From Spirochaetia bacterium (GTDB taxonomy: Bacteria; Spirochaetota; Spirochaetia; UBA9216), in NCBI GenBank assembly GCA_963675665.1, contig OY776510.1:960001-1024000 (forward strand): a DNA stretch of 64,000 nucleotides, written 5' to 3'. Positions 8,901 through 18,904 of this stretch are shown here, piece by piece (the stretch's first letter is position 1; each line of letters begins with the position of its first letter). The notes under the pieces were generated by a model. That model was not told where the DNA came from and did not search any database. It saw only the letters and a list, made by a program, of their open reading frames with translations. A program made the translations under genes and the position numbers.

Positions 8901-9938
8901 ATGAAAAAAATTGTGCTCGTTATTTTAGTTTTCTGTATGTTATTGAGTGGAGCCCTGTTCGCGTCTGGAACCCAGGAACCGGAGGCCGATGCTTCTGTGT
9001 CCGTGACGCCGGTGAAGCTCGTGTTAGCTGACAGTACTGTTCCGGGTGAACCGGCAGTAGACGCAATCTACGTGTTCATAGAAGAGTTGAAGAAAGTGTC
9101 GAATGGGCAGATGGATGTCGACTACTATCACTCAGGATCGCTGATTGGTCAGAACGATCAGGCTGTTTCAGTCATGGACGGTACTGTTGACATGTCCGTT
9201 ATTAGTTTTGCATGGATAGTTGAGTTTATGCCGGAAATAGGTATGCTTGCATCGGCATTCAACTTCAGGGATTCCGACCATATCCACAAGTTCATGAACG
9301 ATAGTGAAGTAGGAAAAGAATTATTTGAAGATATCGCTGAGAAAACCAACATGAGGGTTCTGGGCGGATATTTCTTCGGATACAGGCAAGTCAGTGTAGT
9401 AAAAAAGGTGGGGCCCGTATACAAACCAACAGACTTGAATGGTGTGAAACTGAGAATGCCCGGTACGCCTATATGGCTTGCTGTCGGACGGGCGCTTGGT
9501 GCTAATCCGACACCGCTGGCGTCAACAGAAGCCTATATGGGGTTAAAGACCGGCAGTATTGAAGGGGTTGATATGCCGCTGAATCAGATGAAATCGCTCA
9601 AGTTGTACGAAGCGCTTAAATATACAACCTTGACGAATCACATTGTTGAACAGCAATTACCCATTATCAACGAAGATAAATGGCAGTCGTTTACCGATGA
9701 GCAAAGAGGATGGATAAAACAAGCCATTGCGAAGATGGTTGAATACGGCACTGAAGCCTATGTATCCGTGTTTGACAGTGATGTTCAGTTCCTGAAGGAT
9801 CAAGGGGTTGAGTTCATTGAGAACCCGGACTCAGAAGCTTTCAGGGAATACGCTCGAAATTCATTTCTCACGAAAGACAGTGATATCTCATCAAAGTGGG
9901 ACTGGGATTTATTCGACAGGATACAAAATGTAAAATAG
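8901..9938 (+). CDS. dctP: TRAP transporter substrate-binding protein (second)
   Basis: Signal peptide ALFASGTQE, KLRMP, AYMGLKTGSIEG; ATG 8901 follows GGAGG. Confidence 0.94.
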   Translation: MKKIVLVILVFCMLLSGALFASGTQEPEADASVSVTPVKLVLADSTVPGEPAVDAIYVFIEELKKVSNGQMDVDYYHSGSLIGQNDQAVSVMDGTVDMSVISFAWIVEFMPEIGMLASAFNFRDSDHIHKFMNDSEVGKELFEDIAEKTNMRVLGGYFFGYRQVSVVKKVGPVYKPTDLNGVKLRMPGTPIWLAVGRALGANPTPLASTEAYMGLKTGSIEGVDMPLNQMKSLKLYEALKYTTLTNHIVEQQLPIINEDKWQSFTDEQRGWIKQAIAKMVEYGTEAYVSVFDSDVQFLKDQGVEFIENPDSEAFREYARNSFLTKDSDISSKWDWDLFDRIQNVK

Positions 9939-10029
9939 AATTTCCATTAATATGAAATGAAAATTTACCTGATTATGGTAAAAACTGTATGATGATCACC
10001 TTTAGCAGGTGTTTGAAAACGATTTTTTT

Positions 10030-10058
10030 GGGAGGGAGTAGATTCCTGCTCCCTCCTG
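10030..10058 (+). terminator. Hairpin between dctP2 and dctQ2
   Basis: GGGAGGGAGTAG-ATTC-CTGCTCCCTCCT. Confidence 0.5.
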
Positions 10059-10120
10059 TTATATTTGAACCGGTGTAACCGGGAATAAGTATCCTGTATG
10101 GTACAAAAATGGTTGGATGA

Positions 10121-10657
10121 ATGAATAAACGAATAAACAGATTTCACAGGGTCGCAAAAATATTGTTGAATATCCTTGAAATTTACTTGCCGATGTTACA
10201 GATATTCTTACTTTTTATTGTCTTCCTGATTGGTATAATCTTCCGCTACTTCTTTGTGCCCCTCAGCTGGACAATGGAGCTTTCGGTGGTGCTCTATTTA
10301 TGGGTAGCTCTTTTCGGTTGTCTTTATGCACAGCGCAGGGAGCGACACGTGGTGTTCTCCCTGGTATACGATCATCTTTCAAAGACTACACAGAGGATAT
10401 TTCGTATAGTCGGCAACTCCCTGTTGGCTGTAAGCTTCCTGCTCGTACTTAAGCCGTCCTACAGCTATATAGACTTTATGAAGGTGCGTGCGACAAACGT
10501 ATTGCGGATACCTTTCAACCTGGTCTATATGCCGTTTCTGATCTTTCTTGTGGTGATGTCGATTCGTTACATTGTCCTGGTTGTTCAAGATGTCACTGAA
10601 ATCTTTTCTTCAGAAAACATTCACGAAACTTACCGAAAAAAAAGAGGTTCAAATTGA
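10121..10657 (+). CDS. dctQ: TRAP transporter small permease (second)
   Basis: IIFRYFFVPLSWTMEL, HVVFSLVYD, 4 TM segments. Confidence 0.92.
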   Translation: MNKRINRFHRVAKILLNILEIYLPMLQIFLLFIVFLIGIIFRYFFVPLSWTMELSVVLYLWVALFGCLYAQRRERHVVFSLVYDHLSKTTQRIFRIVGNSLLAVSFLLVLKPSYSYIDFMKVRATNVLRIPFNLVYMPFLIFLVVMSIRYIVLVVQDVTEIFSSENIHETYRKKRGSN

Positions 10658-11952
10658 GTTTTGCTTTTATTATTTTTATCGCAGCGTTTGTTCTTGTTCT
10701 TCTGTTGAGGATCCCTATAGGCCCTGGTATGATCATGGCATCTGTATTTTACTTTGTGATAGCACCGGATGTCGCTTCTACAGCACCAAAACTGGTTTCT
10801 CAGTTATTTCTTTCCAACATGATGACACACTATGTTCAAATTGCAGTGCCGCTTTTCGTCTTCATGGCTGAAATAATGAATAGTGGTAAGGTCACCGACG
10901 TAATATTCAAATTTACCAATGCCTGCATCGGGAAGAAACCCGGCGCTCTGGGTCATGTCAACGTAGTTGCGTCAATAATCTTCTCCGGAATGACCGGTTC
11001 GGCGATTGCAGATGCCTCAGGATTGGGTTCGATGGAAATAAAGGCCATGAATGACAGCGGCTACGACAAGGGCTTCAGTTGCGCGATAACGGCCGCATCA
11101 GCTACCATCGGTCCTATATTTCCGCCAAGCATTCCCATGATCTTTTATGCAATGTTGTCCGGGGCTTCAATCGGGGCTTTGTTTATAGGTGGAATGGTTC
11201 CGGGGATAATCATCGGGATCGCCCTGATGGTGTATATATTTTTTATATCACGTATACGGAATTATCCAATGGGTGATTCTGTATCGTTCAAAAAGTTAGT
11301 CGCGGTATTCATACGAGCATTTCCGGCACTCCTGACGGTTGCGATTTTGTTAGGCGGTATCTACACCGGAATTGTAACACCGACAGAAGCCGGTGCTCTC
11401 GCATCTCTGTATGCAATCGTGATTTCTGTTGTCATATATCGGGCGATTGGGTTTCGGAGTTTCCTGGACATACTCAAGCGAACAGTACTTACTATAGGAA
11501 CATTGACCATTATTGTAGGCGCTTCCTATGTATTTACATATATCGTTGCAATTGAGGGGATACCGCAAGCGGTTGCAAAATTTTTTTTGGGGATAACTGA
11601 GAATAAATATGTTCTGCTTCTGATTATTAATCTTGCATTTATTCTTTTAGGCATGATCATGGACACAATGAGCATAATTTTGATATTTATTCCAATAGTC
11701 CTGCCTATGGTAAATACACTGGGCATAGATCTGGTGCATTTTGGTGTCGTTATTGTTCTGAACATGATGATTGGTTTGTCCACGCCTCCGTTCGGACTGT
11801 TGTTGTTCGTTGTCTCCGGTATCTCGGAAACCCCTTTGGGTGAGGTTATCAAGGAAATTTTCCCGATGTTATTGGTGCTGTTTGGCGTTCTCTTTCTCGT
11901 AACCTATATTGAGCCCATTGTTCTGTTTTTGCCAAATCTATTGGGCTTTTAG
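10654..11952 (+). CDS. dctM: TRAP transporter large permease (second)
   Basis: Same DctM motifs; clear paralog of 7419-8720. Confidence 0.96.
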   Translation: MSFAFIIFIAAFVLVLLLRIPIGPGMIMASVFYFVIAPDVASTAPKLVSQLFLSNMMTHYVQIAVPLFVFMAEIMNSGKVTDVIFKFTNACIGKKPGALGHVNVVASIIFSGMTGSAIADASGLGSMEIKAMNDSGYDKGFSCAITAASATIGPIFPPSIPMIFYAMLSGASIGALFIGGMVPGIIIGIALMVYIFFISRIRNYPMGDSVSFKKLVAVFIRAFPALLTVAILLGGIYTGIVTPTEAGALASLYAIVISVVIYRAIGFRSFLDILKRTVLTIGTLTIIVGASYVFTYIVAIEGIPQAVAKFFLGITENKYVLLLIINLAFILLGMIMDTMSIILIFIPIVLPMVNTLGIDLVHFGVVIVLNMMIGLSTPPFGLLLFVVSGISETPLGEVIKEIFPMLLVLFGVLFLVTYIEPIVLFLPNLLGF

Positions 11953-11976
11953 TGAATACTGTAGGAGGCGGGGACT

Positions 11977-12441
11977 ATGATATACGACGCATTTCAGAAC
12001 ATGAATCTTTACTGTAATGAAGAAGAGGCTCTGTATCGCGCAATCTGTTATGCGCGAGATTTCGATCCGTCTTTACCCGAGGGAATTTACGAGATGGAAG
12101 GCCGCGACATTTTTGCTCGGGTAGTGACTTATAAGACAGCTCCTGCGCAATGTCAGACGTTTGAATCACACCGGGATTACATCGATATACAGGTATTGCT
12201 GTCCGGGCGTGAACGGGTAGACGTGGCTCTTGCTGCAGAAGCGGGACTTTCTCCGCTGGAGCAGTACGATTCTAATAAGGATTTGGTTTTGTTTAAAGAA
12301 CCGAAAGATTTTGCAACGATTAATCTGCTTCCCGGCAGGTTTGCAGTATTCTATCCGGGCGATGTACACCGTCCCAATTGTGAGTTAGATGGAGTATTGG
12401 ATGTCAAAAAGATATGCGTAAAAGTACGTTATCTAAAATGA
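11977..12441 (+). CDS. YhcH/YjgK/YiaL (NanQ-like) family protein
   Basis: FESHRDYIDIQ, GRFAVFYPGDVHRP, KKICVKV. Confidence 0.92.
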   Translation: MIYDAFQNMNLYCNEEEALYRAICYARDFDPSLPEGIYEMEGRDIFARVVTYKTAPAQCQTFESHRDYIDIQVLLSGRERVDVALAAEAGLSPLEQYDSNKDLVLFKEPKDFATINLLPGRFAVFYPGDVHRPNCELDGVLDVKKICVKVRYLK

Positions 12442-12463
12442 GAGGAATTTTGGAGGAACTATT

Positions 12464-13246
12464 ATGAAAGACTCAATGAATTATAGCCTTAAGAAGAAAC
12501 TGGAAGAAGGGAATGTGGTTATTGGTTCATTTATCAAAGCTGCCAATCCGGCGCTTATCGAAATCCTGGGCATGAGCGGAATGGACTACGTGCTTCTTGA
12601 CATGGAACACGGCCCGGTTTCAATGGAAAAACTGGAGGACCTTATACGAGCGGCGGATGCTGTCGGTGTCTGTGCTTTCGTTCGTGTTGCAGGACAACAG
12701 GAGTCTGATATTTTACATGCCCTGGATAAGGGACCCGGCGGAGTGCTGGTACCGATGATGAACAATAAAGCTGATACACAAAAGATAGTCAAATATGCTC
12801 GTTACTCTCCGATTGGTGAGCGCGGAATAGATATTTACTCTCGGGCAGCGCGGTTTGGATACATATCAAAGACCGATTTCTTTTCAAGGGCAAACCGGGA
12901 GACGCTACTGGCCATCCAGATAGAGGGTGAGGAAGGAGCAAACAATCTGGACGAGATCTTGTCTGTTGATGGTATTGATATTGTGTATGTGGGTCCGTAC
13001 GACCTGTCTCAATCAATGGGGATCCCCGGGCAAATAAACGATGCAAGGGTTATTGATAAGGTCAAGGAGATCGCGAAAACCGTAGCGGCTAAAGGCAAGT
13101 TTGTCGGAGTCTATGTTGATGATGTTGAAACTGCGCGTTTATATGCCGAGGCAGGCGTACAATTTATCTCCATCTCGGTTGATGTACGGATCTTCGCCGA
13201 GGCCTGCGATTCAATGGTTCAAGCTTTTCACGGCAAGGATGTATAG
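12464..13246 (+). CDS. HpcH/HpaI class II aldolase family protein
   Basis: LDMEHG, ALDKG, YSPIGERG, QIE, VGPYDLSQSMG. Confidence 0.93.
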   Translation: MKDSMNYSLKKKLEEGNVVIGSFIKAANPALIEILGMSGMDYVLLDMEHGPVSMEKLEDLIRAADAVGVCAFVRVAGQQESDILHALDKGPGGVLVPMMNNKADTQKIVKYARYSPIGERGIDIYSRAARFGYISKTDFFSRANRETLLAIQIEGEEGANNLDEILSVDGIDIVYVGPYDLSQSMGIPGQINDARVIDKVKEIAKTVAAKGKFVGVYVDDVETARLYAEAGVQFISISVDVRIFAEACDSMVQAFHGKDV

Positions 13247-13315
13247 CCAGGCGCAGCATTATTAATCAACGACTGCGCAAATTACAGTCGAATAATGGCG
13301 GAAGGAGTGTTAATC

Positions 13316-14458
13316 ATGAAAAGACTGGAAAAGCTGGATAGAATGTTGGAGATTCTCGAGGAATGTATAGACCCTGATCACGCGGATGAGGCAGTTGAAC
13401 GCCAGTATAAAGCTATTAATTTTCAATCCGTTGATCATATTCCTCTTATTATACAGATCAACAAATCTAATGACCGGTTTGAGTTGCTTAAGTTTGAAGA
13501 TACGTTTGAGAACCACGAGAATATGCTGTACAACGAGCTACTATACAGCTGGGGAAGCATTTACAACAGTGTAACCGGCGGTGTGTATGATGATTATATA
13601 TATCATATCAGAAGCAGCACAGGCCCTATTCTTGTCGCATCGGCATTTGGCGCTAATTGCCGTGTCGCAGGTGATTTCGCCTGGGTAGATCATATGGAGC
13701 GCAGCGAGCTTATAAAATCCATGGCTCACGGTGTCCCTGCTGTAGATGCCGGCCTGTTCAGTATGGTCTTCGACAGGTACAATTACTATCATGAACGCCT
13801 GAAGGAATACCCGAAATGCGCAAGAGCGATTAGAATTACACAACCGGATCTGCAGGGACCGTTTGACATTGCAGATCTGCTGCTCGGCAGCACACAAATC
13901 TTTTGTGATCTGTATGAGGACCCCGGGTTCATACACAGTCTGCTGGAGTTGATTACCCAGGCCTTAATTAACGAAGTCAGGGCTTTTGAACCCTATATTC
14001 AGAACAGTATTGTACATGGAAACAGTCTGGTTGTTTATGCCGCAATGTACCGCGGCAAAACTGTGATCAAGGACGACACCGCCAGCACTATGATCTCCGA
14101 AGACCATTATGAAGAGTTTTCAGCTCATTATAACAGGATAGTTATGGATAATCTGGAAGGAGCGGCGCTTCATCACTGCGGTGAAGGCAGGCCCTGGCAT
14201 TACAAACAATTCGCCTGGCCTACCTGCAGCGGAGTAAACTTCGGTCAGCCGCAATTTCACAAGCTGGCTGATAAAATGCCGTATCTCGAACAGAATATAC
14301 CAATCGTCGGTTGGGGAAGTGAGGAATCGTATGATATCCTGGATGATTTTTACGAAATAGCGCCCAGAACCGGCATAACTCTCGCATGTATGACTGACAG
14401 CACGGAAAAGGCAAAGCGTATTTATGAGACGCACCTGGAACGCTGTGCTAAAATGTGA
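13316..14458 (+). CDS. Uroporphyrinogen decarboxylase / MtaA-CmuA fold protein, function unknown
   Basis: DLQGPFDIADLLLG..IFCDLYEDP, DD..MIS..YEEF, LHHCG; ATG 13316 follows AAGGAG. Confidence 0.75.
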   Translation: MKRLEKLDRMLEILEECIDPDHADEAVERQYKAINFQSVDHIPLIIQINKSNDRFELLKFEDTFENHENMLYNELLYSWGSIYNSVTGGVYDDYIYHIRSSTGPILVASAFGANCRVAGDFAWVDHMERSELIKSMAHGVPAVDAGLFSMVFDRYNYYHERLKEYPKCARAIRITQPDLQGPFDIADLLLGSTQIFCDLYEDPGFIHSLLELITQALINEVRAFEPYIQNSIVHGNSLVVYAAMYRGKTVIKDDTASTMISEDHYEEFSAHYNRIVMDNLEGAALHHCGEGRPWHYKQFAWPTCSGVNFGQPQFHKLADKMPYLEQNIPIVGWGSEESYDILDDFYEIAPRTGITLACMTDSTEKAKRIYETHLERCAKM

Positions 14459-14493
14459 AGCTTATTGATGACTTTTTACAGGAGCATAATATT

Positions 14494-15399
14494 ATGAAGG
14501 TATTAAGTGATGTTGTTATACCCCTGATAACTCCATTGACGGAAAAAGATAAAATTGATGTCCCATCCCTTAAAAACTTAACGGAATATTTGATTGAGAA
14601 AAAGATGAATTGTTTATATCCCTGCGGAACAACGGGAGAAATGGTATATCTTTCCAACGAAGAGAGAAAAGTGGTTGTTGAAACAGTTGTAAAAACGGCG
14701 GCAGGACGTGTCCCGGTATTTGCACATGTCGGCGCAGCAAATACTGCGGATACGATAGAGCTTGCAAAACATGCTGTGGAATGCGGCTCGGACGGAATCG
14801 GGATTGTTACTCCCTGGTTTTATAAGCTCTCTGATCAAGCGCTAATTGATTTTTATATAGCGGTATCTCAAAGTATTCCCGAAGATTTTCCGATTTACCT
14901 TTATGCGATTCCACAGAATGCAGTAAACGATCTTAATCCTGAGACCGTACAGAAAATTGCAAATTTATGCCCAAATGTTACAGGTATAAAATACAGTTAT
15001 CCGGATATGACAAAAATCCAGAAATTTATGACGGTTAATGACGGGAATTTTTCTGTACTCGTTGGACCCGATCAATTTTATCAGGTGTCTATGCTCGCCG
15101 GAGGAAAAGGTGTTGTGTCCGGGAATGCTATGGTGATTCCTGAACATTACGAAGCTCTTACGAAAGCTATAGCATCAGGTGATAATGAAGCAGCTGTAAA
15201 AATACAAAGAAGAACAAATATGTTAAATGAGATTCTTTGTGAAAAGAATAATATTGGCTGTTATAAAGTTGTTTTAAAGGCTAATGGTATTATAAACACT
15301 GCGAAAATGCGCGCACCAATGGAAGAGGTCTCAGCTGACGATGCATCAAAACTGTTGGAGACCTTAAACTATTTACACTACAATGAAGTTATAATTTAA
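14494..15399 (+). CDS. Dihydrodipicolinate synthase / N-acetylneuraminate lyase family aldolase
   Basis: GTTGE, GRVPV, YAIPQ, Schiff-base Lys in GIKYS; ATG 14494 follows AGGAG. Confidence 0.93.
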   Translation: MKVLSDVVIPLITPLTEKDKIDVPSLKNLTEYLIEKKMNCLYPCGTTGEMVYLSNEERKVVVETVVKTAAGRVPVFAHVGAANTADTIELAKHAVECGSDGIGIVTPWFYKLSDQALIDFYIAVSQSIPEDFPIYLYAIPQNAVNDLNPETVQKIANLCPNVTGIKYSYPDMTKIQKFMTVNDGNFSVLVGPDQFYQVSMLAGGKGVVSGNAMVIPEHYEALTKAIASGDNEAAVKIQRRTNMLNEILCEKNNIGCYKVVLKANGIINTAKMRAPMEEVSADDASKLLETLNYLHYNEVII

Positions 15400-15481
15400 A
15401 CCTTGGATTCATAAAACAATCATAATAGCGCCAGTTAAGGATCTAAATCCGGAGAGGGGCTATCAGACGGAACATTGAAAA

Positions 15482-16789
15482 TTAAGCTGAACCTGTTGGA
15501 AGCTCTCCGCTATTTCCCGCTTCGCCGAATATGCCGTCCAGAAGGATGCCGATTTTTTTCCTGAGGAGGGTAGTTGAGAAATACTGTTTGCCCAGCGCGA
15601 AATTCTTCTCAACCATTATCTTTCTTCTTTCTTGATTCATTAAAACATCCCTGACCTCCGAAACTGTTTTTTTCGTCAGATAACCGTCAATCGAGATGAC
15701 ATCAAATCCCTTTGGCTCAATATCAACTATGTAGACAGTATATCGGTTGACCAGAATCGGTTTTTTAAAATAGACCGCTTCGAGAAAAGCATTTCCAAAA
15801 CCTTCGTAAAGGCTGGGATAGGTTACCATGTCGACGTGCGGATAAACGTCCCAAAGGCAGTACTGTTTTTTTCCGCTGCTGTCGTATCTTCTTTTTTCGT
15901 GGAGATGATTGGAGATAAAATAAACCGGAATATCCATCTGCGCGGCAGTCTCTTTGATCCAGTCGAAATACTCATCGCCCTCGTCGCCAGATGAATGGGA
16001 AATAATCAGCTTTACTTTCGGCATATCCAGTTTTCGTACAAGATCAAGCGCATGCTCTATTCCCTTTCTCGATACGACTCTCGTGGGCTGAAGTATCAGT
16101 ATATCGTCTTCGTCAAAACCGAGATCGCTTCTGAAATCCCTGTTATATTCGTCAATTCCGTTAATATCTTCGCTGAAATCTATTACATTATAAATTACCG
16201 TTGAGGATATACCTCGTCTTGCCGCAAGATCTTTTTGAATCATCGAATTGATTACCACATGTTTGATTTCAGGCAGATCAGGCGGAAAGGAAGAGTTAAG
16301 AATGTCACCCACCGCATTAATCAGGAATCTGGGGCGTTCCCAGTAAAAATCGTGATGATGACCAATCGCAGGAATTTTGTTCTCTATTATTACCTCCGTC
16401 AACGCCTGCCCGAGCGGAATATGCATCGGAATAGCGAGACAGTTTTCTGCCACAATTAAATCGATATCGAATTTTCCGATAAATTCATAAAGCTTGTTTT
16501 TCAGATGTTCTTTCTGTCTGTAGATCATGTCCGTAATCTCGCGGGAGCGTTTCTGTGTGCCTATGAGTGACCGGTTCAGAGTGATATTATCGCCGTGATT
16601 GAAAAAGGCTTCTTCAGCTGTAACGCATCGCGACGGGTCCCTGTCAGTCTGACCGGCAAACCAGAAATTTTTATGACCGAAAGATTCAAAAACCTGTTCC
16701 CATTTTTCGGTTTCCAGTGAAACGCCGTCGGTCCCGGCAAATCTCGTTGAAACAAAACCGATGTTCAGATTTTTACTGTCCTTATGCAT
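15482..16789 (-). CDS. GT4 glycosyltransferase, mannosylglucosylglycerate synthase-like
   Basis: GTDGVSLETEKW, HHHDFYWER, QPTRVVSRKGIE, YPSLYEGFGNAFLEA; ATG 16789 follows GGAGG. Confidence 0.85.
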   Translation of the reverse strand: MHKDSKNLNIGFVSTRFAGTDGVSLETEKWEQVFESFGHKNFWFAGQTDRDPSRCVTAEEAFFNHGDNITLNRSLIGTQKRSREITDMIYRQKEHLKNKLYEFIGKFDIDLIVAENCLAIPMHIPLGQALTEVIIENKIPAIGHHHDFYWERPRFLINAVGDILNSSFPPDLPEIKHVVINSMIQKDLAARRGISSTVIYNVIDFSEDINGIDEYNRDFRSDLGFDEDDILILQPTRVVSRKGIEHALDLVRKLDMPKVKLIISHSSGDEGDEYFDWIKETAAQMDIPVYFISNHLHEKRRYDSSGKKQYCLWDVYPHVDMVTYPSLYEGFGNAFLEAVYFKKPILVNRYTVYIVDIEPKGFDVISIDGYLTKKTVSEVRDVLMNQERRKIMVEKNFALGKQYFSTTLLRKKIGILLDGIFGEAGNSGELPTGSA

Positions 16790-17092
16790 TTTGTTCCTCC
16801 CGGCTCTTTGGTGGGTTACAATATTATAGTTGATATTTTCACGGTTAACCATAGTTTTCAAAGCGAGGATATTTTTCGCGCCATGTTGCGGAAGAATTCA
16901 GAGATTAGCGTTTTTATCTGTTCACTGATATAAAAAGAATCTTCTGGACAGAGTTGCTTGAATCCACTTACAGTAAGTAATATCCTGTCCCCAAAATGAT
17001 GTCCAACACAATGTTTCGTTATCTACAGTCATTACAACGCAAACGCTTTTCTAATCATAACATCCACAACCAAACAGGCGGCGATACTGACA

Positions 17093-17713
17093 TTAAAAGA
17101 ACCTCCACCCCAAGCCAATCCAGTATGCAAACCTGTCGTACATAATAGCTGCATCCGCAACGGGAGTAAATAAGCCTGCTGTAATTGACAGCGGTTCAAG
17201 GAATTTAACTTTCAGAAGTTTTCCTGTGGAAAGAGCAAGTTCAAGTGTCAGGTCAACTTCAATAACCCATGGTAGTCCGTATTTATCACCGGAAAAATCA
17301 TAAAGACTGCTTTCCACTTTGGCATAATTCGCTTCACACTTTATTAATCCTTCAAGACAAGGCGTGAATGTAAGAAATTCCAGCGGCGTGATCGGTAACT
17401 GAATGAATATTCCTGCCCGGGCCATGATCAGCGCAGTGGTTATCACTGTATCTTCGTATGATTTATCTTTTGTCGGCATCCATAAATACGGCCCGATACC
17501 TGCAACGAGACCGGCCTCGAAATTATCAGTAAATGAGTATTTGAGACTGAGATCTTCACGAAACGGGATAAGTCCCAATCCTGCATCAAGATCGAATCCC
17601 TTATCACCGCTAAAGATCTTTTTTGATTCTTCTGCAACAGCAGCAGTGCTGATTATAAGAAGAAGCAGAATCAAAGGTACACATTTAATTATATGAGAAA
17701 CAGGCTTCATCAT
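17093..17713 (-). CDS. Exported hypothetical protein, possible outer-membrane beta-barrel
   Basis: Signal peptide, amphipathic strands, C-terminal GLGWRFF. Confidence 0.6.
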   Translation of the reverse strand: MMKPVSHIIKCVPLILLLLIISTAAVAEESKKIFSGDKGFDLDAGLGLIPFREDLSLKYSFTDNFEAGLVAGIGPYLWMPTKDKSYEDTVITTALIMARAGIFIQLPITPLEFLTFTPCLEGLIKCEANYAKVESSLYDFSGDKYGLPWVIEVDLTLELALSTGKLLKVKFLEPLSITAGLFTPVADAAIMYDRFAYWIGLGWRFF

Positions 17714-18552
17714 TGCACATCCTCAAAAATCCACGAGATCGCATGGTCGTAACTGGCAATCCAGTTATGTGAATGGTAATCATGCTGCAAAAGTTCAGAC
17801 TGTACTTCAAGAGATTTATGGTTTTCTTACATACGATTGAGCAGTTCTTCCCAAAACAGCACAGTGGCGCCGAAGTTTCCGTAACTTCCGTTAGTTGTAT
17901 AGAGTTTTCTTCCTTGAAGTCCTCCGGAAACAGCTCTTTCCTTTTCATAGTAGAATAATACTCCTCCTCCCCATGAGGTTGTAGAATCCGCGGCCACATA
18001 TCGTCCGAAAAGGTCCGGATGCGACAAGAGTGTGTAGAAGGTAAACAATCCGCCGAGCGAATGTCCGAACAATGCCCTGTTTTCGTATGAAGTGGACGCA
18101 GGGGTAACATTCTCTATTTGTGGAATAAGCTGTTCCGTGATGAAGTCGATGAATAGTTCAGCTCCGCCCCCGTTAGGGCTCATTACAGTATCAACAGTAG
18201 GCGTAAAATCAATAAACCTCGGATGGTCGGTAGAGCCGGCGCTCTCATTTGTATTATGACCGATTCCAACAAGAACGACTCTTTTATTATGTTTTCGAAA
18301 TAAGTCGGCTGTTCTCTCCATATGCATATCCGCGTCGAGCAGGTACACGGTTTGAAGTTCTTCCTGAGGCCCGGCATTTTCAGGATACATGATGTAGATT
18401 TTATATGTGTATCCATTTGAGGAAGCAGTCATTGTTTTTTCCGTGCTATATATTTCATAACCGGGATCATTATTACAGGATAGGAACAGAAGCAAAATAA
18501 TCGGAATCGACAAAAAGACAGGCATTTTTACAAAAAATTTTTTCATATCCAA
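17710..18552 (-). pseudogene. IroE/Fes-like alpha/beta-hydrolase lipoprotein interrupted by an in-frame TAA (17827-17829)
   Basis: Lipobox FLSC, YLLDAD, DFTP, GGGAELF, GHSLGG; frame continues past the stop for 38 codons and ends in an ATGA overlap with the next gene. Confidence 0.8.
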
Positions 18553-18904
18553 CGATATAAAAATTAATCGAGGGGAACAAGACAGAAACAGGGGATTTGT
18601 AAAAATATCTGCGAAAAATTCCTGAAAAATCGACGTCCCAATTTAAAAGTGCGAAGTAAACATAATTTTTTTATTTTCCTTTGCTAAAATATTTCTTTTG
18701 CCTTAATTATAACAACATACCGGCACAATTCCGGTAAATATATATCAATTCGGAAGTTATAAACAAAAAAAAATGAGATTGCGCTAAAAAATAAATTGAT
18801 TTATGATAAAAGGTAACAGATAAGTAAATATTGATGATATAACTGATATATCAAACTCCTTTTTCATGGGCTTATAAATGATTTAGTTAAGGAGCATAAC
18901 TTCA

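Noticed and set aside
14494-15399. Calling the DHDPS-family gene dapA or nanA
   Set aside because: Catabolic context argues against dapA; motifs cannot separate NanA from KDG-type aldolases, and nanK and an intact nanE are absent
16975-17012. CCTGTCCCCAAAATGATGTCCAACA as an isolated IS end
   Set aside because: No partner inverted repeat or transposase fragment found nearby
17685-18110. 141-aa minus-strand ORF as a frameshifted esterase C-terminus
   Set aside because: The true continuation is in the esterase's own frame beyond the TAA
18553-18904. AT-rich gap with ATATCAA/TTGAT words as an array or origin
   Set aside because: No regular periodicity or DnaA boxes; consistent with divergent promoters
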